Assembly (NCBI GenBank): GCA_028283505.1
Contig: JAPOFX010000005.1
Span: 1,869-65,868, forward strand
Source of the DNA: Candidatus Poseidoniales archaeon
GTDB taxonomy: Archaea; Thermoplasmatota; Poseidoniia; Poseidoniales; Thalassarchaeaceae
Length of the DNA stretch: 64,000 nt
Reading direction: 5' to 3'
Part shown: positions 36,056-44,301 of the stretch, piece by piece
Position numbering within the stretch: the stretch's first letter is position 1
How the letters are laid out: each line of letters starts with the position of its first letter
Translations under genes and position numbers: made by a program
The notes under the pieces: generated by a model
Database searches by the model: none
What the model was told of the DNA's origin: nothing
The model's input: the letters and a program-made list of their open reading frames with translations, nothing else

Positions 36056-36120
36056 GTTTCTCCAGTGGAAGGGGTCGGTGATTGTTGAATAACCCTCTCG
36101 GTTCAATTGGTGTTGTGCCG

Positions 36121-37242
36121 ATGCCACTCCAGCCTCCGGATATCGAAGACCGGATTGTATTATCTAGATACCCTATGCTTCCACAAGGGAGGCAACATAT
36201 CAGGAATGTACTGAACGAAAATGGAGTGACTGTAGCAGATTTGATCGAGGCTCCGTGGCTTGAGGAGGTGCGTACGAGGGGAAGGTTGCGTTTGCTTGAG
36301 TCTGTTATGCACAAAGATGGTGTTGATGACTCTACGACTGTTGATCTGTCAACGGATGCTGGCAAGATGACTGAGACTCTATCTTTCTTACATGCGATGT
36401 TGGTAGTATGCGCCTCTTTCGATGAGCGTTTGTTATCTAGATGGATAGAGGGGGAGGCGAGCAGAGCCGATGGCCTATTTGGTCGAGATAGCTCCAACTT
36501 CACAATAATTTGCTCTAGCTTTCTTTCCGATATTAAATCAGAAAATGGGGGAGAGGAAATCTATTGGGTTCCAGTCGCAGACTTCATCGAGCTTTGCCCT
36601 AAAATCTCAGGGTCCTACTGGAGACTCGCAAATAGGCCGGTCGAGGAGGGATGGGTCAGGATGGATCCAGCTTCAGGAGAAAACAGCAGAGAGAGGACTT
36701 CGAGGCTTCTGAAAGAAAGAGTCAGGTCTTTTTTGCACGCGACTTGTAGGGAGAGAATGGAGAAGATGACCGAGGAGTTTGCTGCTCAATTCTCTGAAGC
36801 TGTGGAAAGGATAACGGGCGTATTGGCACTAAGGGTGAAGGAGGAGATGCCGGTCTCTGCAGCGGTTAGGGAGGACTGGCCCCCTTGCTTCGAGTCAGCA
36901 ATTTCAGAATTAAATCAGGGAGTTAACGTTAACCATGTTGGCAGAGTATTCCTAGCATCATTTTCAAAGGCAATTGGTCATACACAAGAGCAAACCTGTG
37001 GTTTCTTCTCAGGAGCTCCTGACTATAATCCAGATACGACCTCTTACCAAGTTTCGCACATTTACGAGGGAAACTACACACCAAACGGGTGTGCTTCACT
37101 AAAGACTAATGCGAGATGTCCAGTTCAGGTAGGTGATGACAGACTCTGCGATCAAGAGTGGCTTACCCATCCACTCAAGTACATCAGGGCTAAGCAAAGG
37201 AGGAGATATTCCGAGAGTGACGGTACCGAGATTGCCACATAA
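36121..37242 (+). CDS. priL: DNA primase large subunit
   Basis: RYP.LP, WRL.NR.V.EGWV, PPC, G.N..H..R..LASF, APDY....T.YQV.HI, C..LK....C...D.LC....HPL.Y (Fe-S cysteines). Confidence 0.92.
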   Translation: MPLQPPDIEDRIVLSRYPMLPQGRQHIRNVLNENGVTVADLIEAPWLEEVRTRGRLRLLESVMHKDGVDDSTTVDLSTDAGKMTETLSFLHAMLVVCASFDERLLSRWIEGEASRADGLFGRDSSNFTIICSSFLSDIKSENGGEEIYWVPVADFIELCPKISGSYWRLANRPVEEGWVRMDPASGENSRERTSRLLKERVRSFLHATCRERMEKMTEEFAAQFSEAVERITGVLALRVKEEMPVSAAVREDWPPCFESAISELNQGVNVNHVGRVFLASFSKAIGHTQEQTCGFFSGAPDYNPDTTSYQVSHIYEGNYTPNGCASLKTNARCPVQVGDDRLCDQEWLTHPLKYIRAKQRRRYSESDGTEIAT

Positions 37243-37313
37243 CTGAGGTTGTGGAGATGGTTTCGTGCAATTCTTCATATCGCTCTGTCTCTATCAAGGG
37301 GTGAGGCGGAGGA

Positions 37314-38498
37314 GTGGTACGAACCCTGATATTGACTGTTGACCGAGACAATGACCTCGGTGTCAAGGCAGGTATCAGAGGCCCTGTGGTAGGAAGAAAG
37401 GCCACTTTGGCGGCTGCTCTGAGACTGGGAATTGCGGACCCTGAGGAGTCTGATACGAATGCCATCTTGGGTGCACTTCACCAACATGATCGATTAGCTG
37501 AGGAAGTCATCGGGGACGATGAGGTTCAGATTGCACTGCTGACTGGAGATGTTAGAGTTGGGGCTAGGAGCGACAGGGAGATTGCGACACAGTTGGATGA
37601 GGTAATCCAAGATTTCCAACCTGACAAGGCGATACTTGTGACGGATGGCGCGGATGATGAAGAAGCCCTGCCAATAATTACATCCAGAGTAAGAGTGGAT
37701 CACATTGAGAAGATTATCGTTAGGCAGTCAAAGGGCATCGAGGGAACCTATTACTATGTGGCTAAGGCGATAGAGGATCCCAGATGGAGGGCTAGGCTTC
37801 TTGTCCCCATAGCTACGGTGATGATTATTCTCGGAATTGGTCTGATACTACCTTCAGATTATGGTAGCGCCTTAATCGGGACATTGCCGCTAATTATAGG
37901 AATCTGGCTACTTTCTCGGGGACTAGGTTGGGAACAGCAATTAGACCGTCTCATGGGGGATATGAGGGCTGCAACTACTGGGAGCTTGCTCACCTCAATG
38001 TTGTGGGCGCTTGCCTTGGTTTCGATGATGATAGCAGTGGTAACCGTTATTCAAGTCCTATATGCTACGAGTCTTGAGATCGAGTCTTATGCCTCATCGA
38101 TTCTCCCTTCGTCCACAAACTTTGATGTGAATGCTGTGAATAGCGATATCGCAGTCTGGGTGATTGCTATTGACAATGCGTTGTCATGGATACTTGTTGC
38201 ATTTTTCTCTCTATTCCTCTCATTGGGGGTCTTGAGATGGAAGGAGGGGCAGTTTACCGGACAAAGCATTATGCTACTGGCAACTGGACTCGTCGTCTAT
38301 TTTGTGATCTCAGCTATTAATGAGGTATCCCTGAGTATGCTGGGAGGACAAGATGTCGATCTTAGGGTGGACTCGGTAGTTGAGACATGGGCTCTGCCTG
38401 TTGTTGCTATACTCGGGAGATATCTCATGAGTGTTATCGTCGACTCTCTCTCGGAGGGAGACGAGGGTGGAAGGGGAAGCGAGTTCTGGGGAGTTTAG
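37314..38498 (+). CDS. DUF373 family archaeal membrane protein
   Basis: LIL.VDRDNDLG.K, DPEESD.N, V.DGADDE, V.QS..IE.TYY, followed by TM helices. Confidence 0.88.
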   Translation: MVRTLILTVDRDNDLGVKAGIRGPVVGRKATLAAALRLGIADPEESDTNAILGALHQHDRLAEEVIGDDEVQIALLTGDVRVGARSDREIATQLDEVIQDFQPDKAILVTDGADDEEALPIITSRVRVDHIEKIIVRQSKGIEGTYYYVAKAIEDPRWRARLLVPIATVMIILGIGLILPSDYGSALIGTLPLIIGIWLLSRGLGWEQQLDRLMGDMRAATTGSLLTSMLWALALVSMMIAVVTVIQVLYATSLEIESYASSILPSSTNFDVNAVNSDIAVWVIAIDNALSWILVAFFSLFLSLGVLRWKEGQFTGQSIMLLATGLVVYFVISAINEVSLSMLGGQDVDLRVDSVVETWALPVVAILGRYLMSVIVDSLSEGDEGGRGSEFWGV

Positions 38499-38920
38499 TT
38501 CTCGAAGGTCGCCTCGTTCATGCAAGCTGGGCATTTAATGGTAATCGGCCTGATAGAAGGAATTCCCAAGGCCGCATTACAATTCGGACAAACTATTGCC
38601 TGCTCAACCTCCGATTGTCTCTTCTTTCCTGAATGGCTAGGATCATATGAAAATCGATATTTGTGGGTATTCTGGAGATACTTTGGAGAGCCCTCTCCCT
38701 CCTCCTTAGTAGTGAACTTACTTTCCCTATCCGGGAGAGAGTGGGCAGTTTTCGCTTGGTTTGATGGTTTAATCCCCCCACTCCGAAACTCCTCTAGCTG
38801 GGAAAGTATCTCATTTTCGGTGATTCCTAGCTCTCTAGAGATCTTGTCTATCGCTAGGGTCCTATCATACTCGCTCATGCCAACGAACTGTTGGAGGAGT
38901 ACAGCAGGTATTCTTGACAC
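38495..38920 (-). CDS. Hypothetical protein with C-terminal Zn finger
   Basis: CPNC...LGIP..RP..I.CPAC. Confidence 0.65.
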   Translation of the reverse strand: MSRIPAVLLQQFVGMSEYDRTLAIDKISRELGITENEILSQLEEFRSGGIKPSNQAKTAHSLPDRESKFTTKEEGEGSPKYLQNTHKYRFSYDPSHSGKKRQSEVEQAIVCPNCNAALGIPSIRPITIKCPACMNEATFEN

Positions 38921-38978
38921 GTTACCCGATAGAAGGGAGGGTTTTCAATGTCCACGGAAAGATGATCCCCTGATAGGA

Positions 38979-40268
38979 CTATTCCCGGTTTTCGATTGCT
39001 AATGCGAGAGCCTTTATTTTCTCTGGTTCTAAACTCTCCCAGGGGAATAATCCGTCATCAGTGGGGACTCTTCCAAAATGGCCTCCAGATGATGTTGCAG
39101 AGTATATTGGTCGCTTCAGATCGAGATCCCTGATCATTGCTGCGGGCCTCCAATCGAAGTGCATCAGCAGTAGCCTAGAAATCTCCTGATCGGGTTCAGT
39201 GCCTAGCTCCGGCCTTGAAGTACCGAAAGTTTCCACTCTGAGGCCCACTGGGTTGGTTTTTCCGATTGCATAAGCGACTTGGATTTCACACCTTTCAGCG
39301 ATTCCGGAGGCTACAACATGCTTCGCTGCCCACCTTGCATAGTATGCGGCCGAGCGGTCTACCTTGGATGGGTCTTTCCCACTAAATGCGCCTCCACCAT
39401 GCCTTCCTCCACCATAGGTATCTACGATTATCTTCCTACCAGTTAAGCCAGCATCAGCATATGGACCTCCCGGATCTGGGAATGATCCGGTTCCATTGAC
39501 AATGACCTCTGGATCGTTCATCAGGGATGATGGGATGGCATGCTCGATTACATGCTTCCTAATTTCCGCCTCGATGTAAAGCTTCCTTTCTTCTTCTGAG
39601 AGGTTGTTTTTGTCTGGCCAGTTGGGCCCTGCATCGGAAGCGTGCTGAGCAGCAATTACAATAGTCGAAACCCTATCATTGGGATCATTTTTTTCACCAA
39701 CATGTACAGTTACTTGGCTCTTGCCATCAGGTCTTATCCATGGGATGATTTGTTCGCTGTGGACTTGTTCAAGCCTTCTGGTTAGTCTCTGGGAAAGCGC
39801 GGCTGCGAGAGGAAAAAATCTTCCTCTAAGCTCCTCGGTCTGTTCGGTTTCAGAGCATGCGTATCCGAACATTACCCCCTGGTCACCAGCACCTTGAGTG
39901 TCAAAGTCCCCATCAACTCCCTGACTAATGAACTGCGATTGGGTAGTGATGTATGTGAGAACATCACAAAGTTCACTCGAGGAAGCATCCATTCCTATTC
40001 TACTGTCAGTATATCCGACGGAGATCGCTTTTTCTCTGGCTATCTTCTCATATTCTGGGGCCCGTCCGTCAAGACTCACCTCCCCTGCGAGAATAATCAC
40101 GGCCTCGCCCCCGATACCTTTGACCATGGTCTCCACGGCTACTCTGGCATTGGGATCTATTCTCAGACACTCATCCAATATGGCGTCCGATATGGCGTCA
40201 CAGAGCTTATCTGGATGTCCAGATGTCACTGATTCCGCAGTGTCTGACGGTGGCATGTATCCATGCAT
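38979..40268 (-). CDS. metK: Methionine adenosyltransferase (bacterial/eukaryotic type)
   Basis: ESVT.GHPDK.CD.ISDAILD, GAGDQG, RPDGKSQVT, GLTGRKIIVDTYGG, GGGAFSGKDPSKVDRS. Confidence 0.96.
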   Translation of the reverse strand: MHGYMPPSDTAESVTSGHPDKLCDAISDAILDECLRIDPNARVAVETMVKGIGGEAVIILAGEVSLDGRAPEYEKIAREKAISVGYTDSRIGMDASSSELCDVLTYITTQSQFISQGVDGDFDTQGAGDQGVMFGYACSETEQTEELRGRFFPLAAALSQRLTRRLEQVHSEQIIPWIRPDGKSQVTVHVGEKNDPNDRVSTIVIAAQHASDAGPNWPDKNNLSEEERKLYIEAEIRKHVIEHAIPSSLMNDPEVIVNGTGSFPDPGGPYADAGLTGRKIIVDTYGGGRHGGGAFSGKDPSKVDRSAAYYARWAAKHVVASGIAERCEIQVAYAIGKTNPVGLRVETFGTSRPELGTEPDQEISRLLLMHFDWRPAAMIRDLDLKRPIYSATSSGGHFGRVPTDDGLFPWESLEPEKIKALALAIENRE

Positions 40269-40355
40269 GACATATGGAAGAGCCTCTCACTGATGATTGT
40301 TATTGATTCGCCCTGAAACAGGCGGTATGAAAAATGACTATCCCATCTCAACGTC

Positions 40356-40598
40356 ATGGAGGAAGCCATGGCGAGAGTTGATTGGATTGGACGTGGGGAC
40401 ATAGCTGAAGCTCTAATTAATTCGATTCAGCCCGATGATCCAGACTGCTTCAGATACGAAATCACTGAAATTGATGCTGGGGTAAAACTGAGTATTTTCG
40501 TGTCCTCGCGCGAATTGGGTAGATTGCGAGCAACTATGGACGATATTCTGGCTTGTTTGTCCGCTGTTGAGGGGAGTCTAGGGGCTCTTGTAGAGTAG
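40356..40598 (+). CDS. pcc1: KEOPS complex subunit Pcc1
   Basis: A..L..SI.PD, L.I.V.S.....LRA.MD..L. About 80 aa. Confidence 0.7.
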   Translation: MEEAMARVDWIGRGDIAEALINSIQPDDPDCFRYEITEIDAGVKLSIFVSSRELGRLRATMDDILACLSAVEGSLGALVE

Positions 40599-40643
40599 GT
40601 TACAATTCGGACCATTCAAGTCTGAGTACGACTGCCAAGTAAT

Positions 40644-41582
40644 ATGGACGCACTCCCTCATGACAGGTCCGAGCTTCTCTTTCGAGGAGGTCACCCAAGT
40701 CAAAAAATGACTGAATCAATAGATTCGTGGACTCTGGCTATGACTACCGACGAACATGGAGGAGGAGAGGGTTCGGATCTCCAAATCACGGGGAGAGTTA
40801 GTTCCAAGGGCCGTGGGATCATTTCAGGATTGTTCGTGACAGACCGCTTGATTGGGGCTCATTTTCCTAGTTGTCGGATTCATTGGGCTCTGAAAGAAGG
40901 CGATTCTGTTGGAGATGGTGACGAGGTGCTCAGAATTTCAGGGCCATCCGGCGAAATCTTACGTTGTGAGAGGATTTTACTGAACATACTTGGAAGAATG
41001 TCAGGTATATCAACAAATACACAAAAATGGGTGTCAGAAGCGAGGAATATCGGAATCGCCTGCACAAGAAAGACTGATTGGGGGCTTCTAGACAAATGGG
41101 CGGTCCACGTTGGGGGAGGTCTCACTCACAGGCTCTCTAGAGCTGACGCTCTGATGATCAAGGAGAACGACTTAGCTTCTCTCGCTCCGGGCACATCTGA
41201 TGAGTGTACTGCAGTTGATGTCGCAGTTGCCGGTATAGACATGTCCTCCCATGCAGAATTCGTGGTTGTAGAGGTCAGAGATGAATGTCAAGCTCTGGCA
41301 GCGTCGAGAAGGTGGGAAGAGATGCAACAAGAACTTGGTGGTTGTGAGAGAATAGTTTTGTTACTGGATAATATGACCCCAGACATGTGTGCTATTATTC
41401 ATTCCAGTTTGATTGAGAAAGGACTGCGTGAGTGGTGCATACTAGAGGGATCTGGGGGAGTGGTCTTTGATGACCTCAACAGATGGCAGGCATCGGGCGT
41501 AGACCTGGTCTCAACTAGTGCCTTGAATAGGGGAGTAGCCCCCCTTGATTTGTCGATGAAGGTGATTGAGGTGGTCGAGTGA
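40644..41582 (+). CDS. nadC: Quinolinate phosphoribosyltransferase (decarboxylating)
   Basis: ER..LN.L..MSGIST.T, TRKT, AV..GGG..HR, IKEN, VEV, LLDNM, E.SGG, GVD.VS. Confidence 0.88.
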   Translation: MDALPHDRSELLFRGGHPSQKMTESIDSWTLAMTTDEHGGGEGSDLQITGRVSSKGRGIISGLFVTDRLIGAHFPSCRIHWALKEGDSVGDGDEVLRISGPSGEILRCERILLNILGRMSGISTNTQKWVSEARNIGIACTRKTDWGLLDKWAVHVGGGLTHRLSRADALMIKENDLASLAPGTSDECTAVDVAVAGIDMSSHAEFVVVEVRDECQALAASRRWEEMQQELGGCERIVLLLDNMTPDMCAIIHSSLIEKGLREWCILEGSGGVVFDDLNRWQASGVDLVSTSALNRGVAPLDLSMKVIEVVE

Positions 41583-42346
41583 CCAATATCCCTGATTCAC
41601 ATCCCAGAAAATCGTCACTCCTCTCTCGTCTGAAAATGGTCGATGGGGCGAAGAGGGGGCTTTTGGCAGATTCTGCGATGATTGCCCATGGTAGGGGGGA
41701 GGCGTACGACTATCTCTTGGGCGAGAAGACCACTGCATCTGCCTCACTCGCAATTCGTGAAGCTGCTGCAAGGCTTCTTCATGCTAAGAGGCCTGTAATC
41801 TCGATGAACGGTAATTCGACAGTCCTCGCAGGGGCAGAGGCAATCAAAATTGCAGCTGTAGTAGGTTGCCCCATCGAAGTGAACATCTACTACAGAACAA
41901 AAGAAAGGATGACGCGACTTGTAGAAGAGCTAGAGACCATCAGAGAAGATCTCCTTGATAGTTCTCCTCCAGAAGAGAAAGATTCTATATCTGGGGTAGA
42001 AATACTGGGTTTAGTTTCTGATGGGAGAATTCGAGGACTGGAGGGGCCTAGGTCATTTTGTTCAGCAGATGGGATAGAGAAGGCCGATGTGGTCCTAGTT
42101 CCACTTGAAGATGGGGATCGCTGTGAGGCCCTGATTGCATTAGGCAAGGAGGTTATCGCCATTGATCTGAATCCTTTATCGAGAACCTCCAGGACATCAA
42201 CGGTAACAATTGTTGATGAAGTTTCAAGGGCTCTCAGAGGAATCCTGAATGAGCTGTCTAGCAAGCCGGAGCCAAGCCCGTGGGACAATGATAGTGCCCT
42301 TAGAGGTGCCCTGGAAGTTATGAGAAATGCGCATATGAGAATATGA
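41579..42346 (+). CDS. pps: Phosphopantothenate synthetase (archaeal)
   Basis: IP.SHPR..SL, IAHGRGEA.DYLLGE.T, PVIS.NGN, ADVVLVPLEDGDR.EAL, IDLNPLSRT. Confidence 0.93.
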   Translation: MTNIPDSHPRKSSLLSRLKMVDGAKRGLLADSAMIAHGRGEAYDYLLGEKTTASASLAIREAAARLLHAKRPVISMNGNSTVLAGAEAIKIAAVVGCPIEVNIYYRTKERMTRLVEELETIREDLLDSSPPEEKDSISGVEILGLVSDGRIRGLEGPRSFCSADGIEKADVVLVPLEDGDRCEALIALGKEVIAIDLNPLSRTSRTSTVTIVDEVSRALRGILNELSSKPEPSPWDNDSALRGALEVMRNAHMRI

Positions 42347-42347
42347 A

Positions 42348-43532
42348 CTATGAAAATCTAGCTTTCAGCATTCTCGCGCACCTTTCGGCTATGGCTTCAC
42401 CAACATCTGAGGTGCTAGCAGTGCCTCCCAAATCATAAGTTACTGGTGCTCCCTCCTCGAAGTGTTGCCTTATCGCATTCTGCAATATTTCAGCACAGAT
42501 ATCGAGTGTTTCGTCCTTCTTTCTAAATCCTAATGCCTCGAACATCATCTGGACTGATTGAATCATTGCAATTGGATTGACAATGTTCTTTCCTGCGTGT
42601 TTGGGAGCAGAGCCATGAACAGGCTCGAAGAGCATATGCCTTGGCCCCATATTCGCACTGGCTGACATGCCCATCCCTCCTTGGAGAACGCTGGCCAGGT
42701 CGGTGGCGATATCGCCGAACATATTCGGTAAGACCACGATATCAAGATCTTCTGGATTTCTAACAAGCCACATGGTGAAGGCATCGATGTACGCCTCCTT
42801 GACAGGAATATCTTGATTGGAATCTGCGAATTCTCTGAAGATCTTTCTGAAAAGCTGGCAACCCCTAGTCACATTTGACTTGTCTACACACGTCACTGAT
42901 TGGGGCTTTCCAGATTTTCTCTGCCTGACCTTTGCATAATCAAAAGCGAATCTAATTACTCTCTCGCTCCCACTCCTTGATATGGGGCGCGGGTCCCAAG
43001 CAACTTCCCCTTCAAGGCCTGGGAACTCCTCTATAACAATCGGCTCGTCTTTCTTACCCAAGGCCCTCTGCTCCATCCTCCTAAGAAGAGAATGATAGAG
43101 GCCTTCGGTATTCTCACGAATCATGATTATATCGACCAGATCCGGGTCCCAGACTTGCTTGTGAATACCATGGACCTTGTGTGTTACACCCGGATACAAC
43201 CTGACTGGTCTGACATTTGCGTAAAGTTCCAGTCCGGAACGAAGGCCAAGGATAGTCTGCCCCCCTGCCATATCTCCGTTGGGAAGTCTGGCGTCAGGCC
43301 AACCAATAGCTCCCAGAAGAATAGCGTCTGATTGGTCCCTACAATACTCAAATGAGCCTGCTGGCCACTCCTCCCCCGTTTCAAGGTAGTACTGTCCACC
43401 ACAGGGAATTTCTTTGATTTCGAATGATAAAGGACTGTTTTCTTCGAATACTGATAGCACGCGTAGAGCTTCTCTCATAACTTCACGTCCGGTTCCATCA
43501 CCCGGGAGAGCAGCCAGCCGATAGGTTGTCAT
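42348..43532 (-). CDS. Isocitrate/isopropylmalate/tartrate dehydrogenase family protein
   Basis: LPGDG.G.EV, LR..L.LYANVRP, RENTEGLY, VDKSNV, N.FGDI.TD, FEPVHGSAP..AGK..NP.A. Confidence 0.9.
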   Translation of the reverse strand: MTTYRLAALPGDGTGREVMREALRVLSVFEENSPLSFEIKEIPCGGQYYLETGEEWPAGSFEYCRDQSDAILLGAIGWPDARLPNGDMAGGQTILGLRSGLELYANVRPVRLYPGVTHKVHGIHKQVWDPDLVDIIMIRENTEGLYHSLLRRMEQRALGKKDEPIVIEEFPGLEGEVAWDPRPISRSGSERVIRFAFDYAKVRQRKSGKPQSVTCVDKSNVTRGCQLFRKIFREFADSNQDIPVKEAYIDAFTMWLVRNPEDLDIVVLPNMFGDIATDLASVLQGGMGMSASANMGPRHMLFEPVHGSAPKHAGKNIVNPIAMIQSVQMMFEALGFRKKDETLDICAEILQNAIRQHFEEGAPVTYDLGGTASTSDVGEAIAERCARMLKARFS

Positions 43533-43630
43533 GCGGCTCTCCACTTGTTCATCGTTCATCAATTGAACCCTAACGACATTCCATCACTTGGAGAGTATAG
43601 TTCATAGACGGTCCCCGTAAATGGTGACAC

Positions 43631-44239
43631 GTGGAGCGCGCGCCCGAAGATGGTAAGGAAACCCCGCGTATCGATGTCAGGACACTCCCAGAATCGATTG
43701 CGAGGCTCTGGGAGACAATGCTCAGGCTCGACCCATCATGGGATCTTGCGTCTTGGCTAGATGATAGAGCTGTGGAGGAGCTTGAGTTAGTAGAGAGCCA
43801 CTTGGGCAGGGAGAGGCTGAGGTTAGAGCAAAGGCTTCACAGAATTGAGACTTTGGTTAAGCGACTCAAAAGGCAAAGGGAGGTTTCGGGAACTGGTGTC
43901 CAAGACCCTCACCAGAAAAATTTGTTCGACGTGTATGAACCCGAAAACAAGGCTGTGAAAGAAGCTGGCGAAGCCAGAGAAGAAGGGGAGGCGGCTGTCC
44001 AGTTCGGTTCACTTGATATTGGAGATGATCCTCTTCTGGCAATCGTAGCTGAGCATGTCCTTGGATTGCTGGAGCTCAATTCTTTAGATGGCCCTAGCCC
44101 CGTGCATTTCGACACTCTCATGGCAAGTCTGGTCCCTTTGGGAATCAGGGTGGACGATTTGGATGAGGCGATCGCTTGGTTACTCCAGAACGAGCTTATT
44201 TTGGAGATAGATGAGGATGCTTTCTGCTTAGGCGGATAA
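43631..44239 (+). CDS. Hypothetical protein (coiled coil, PIP-box-like motif, C-terminal winged helix)
   Basis: 202-aa ORF. Heptad region RLRLEQRLHRIETLVKRLKRQ, QKNLFDVY, C-terminal ...DEAIAWLLQNELILEIDED.F. Confidence 0.7.
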   Translation: MERAPEDGKETPRIDVRTLPESIARLWETMLRLDPSWDLASWLDDRAVEELELVESHLGRERLRLEQRLHRIETLVKRLKRQREVSGTGVQDPHQKNLFDVYEPENKAVKEAGEAREEGEAAVQFGSLDIGDDPLLAIVAEHVLGLLELNSLDGPSPVHFDTLMASLVPLGIRVDDLDEAIAWLLQNELILEIDEDAFCLGG

Positions 44240-44301
44240 GGAATAACCCCCACAAATATACAACCCTTCAAAAAAGGGGTTCTAGTCCTAGGTTTGGTAA
44301 C

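Noticed and set aside
40290-40350. Possible C/D box sRNA (TGATGA ... CTGA) between metK and pcc1
   Set aside because: No convincing C'/D pair, and the 87-bp gap must hold two divergent promoters.
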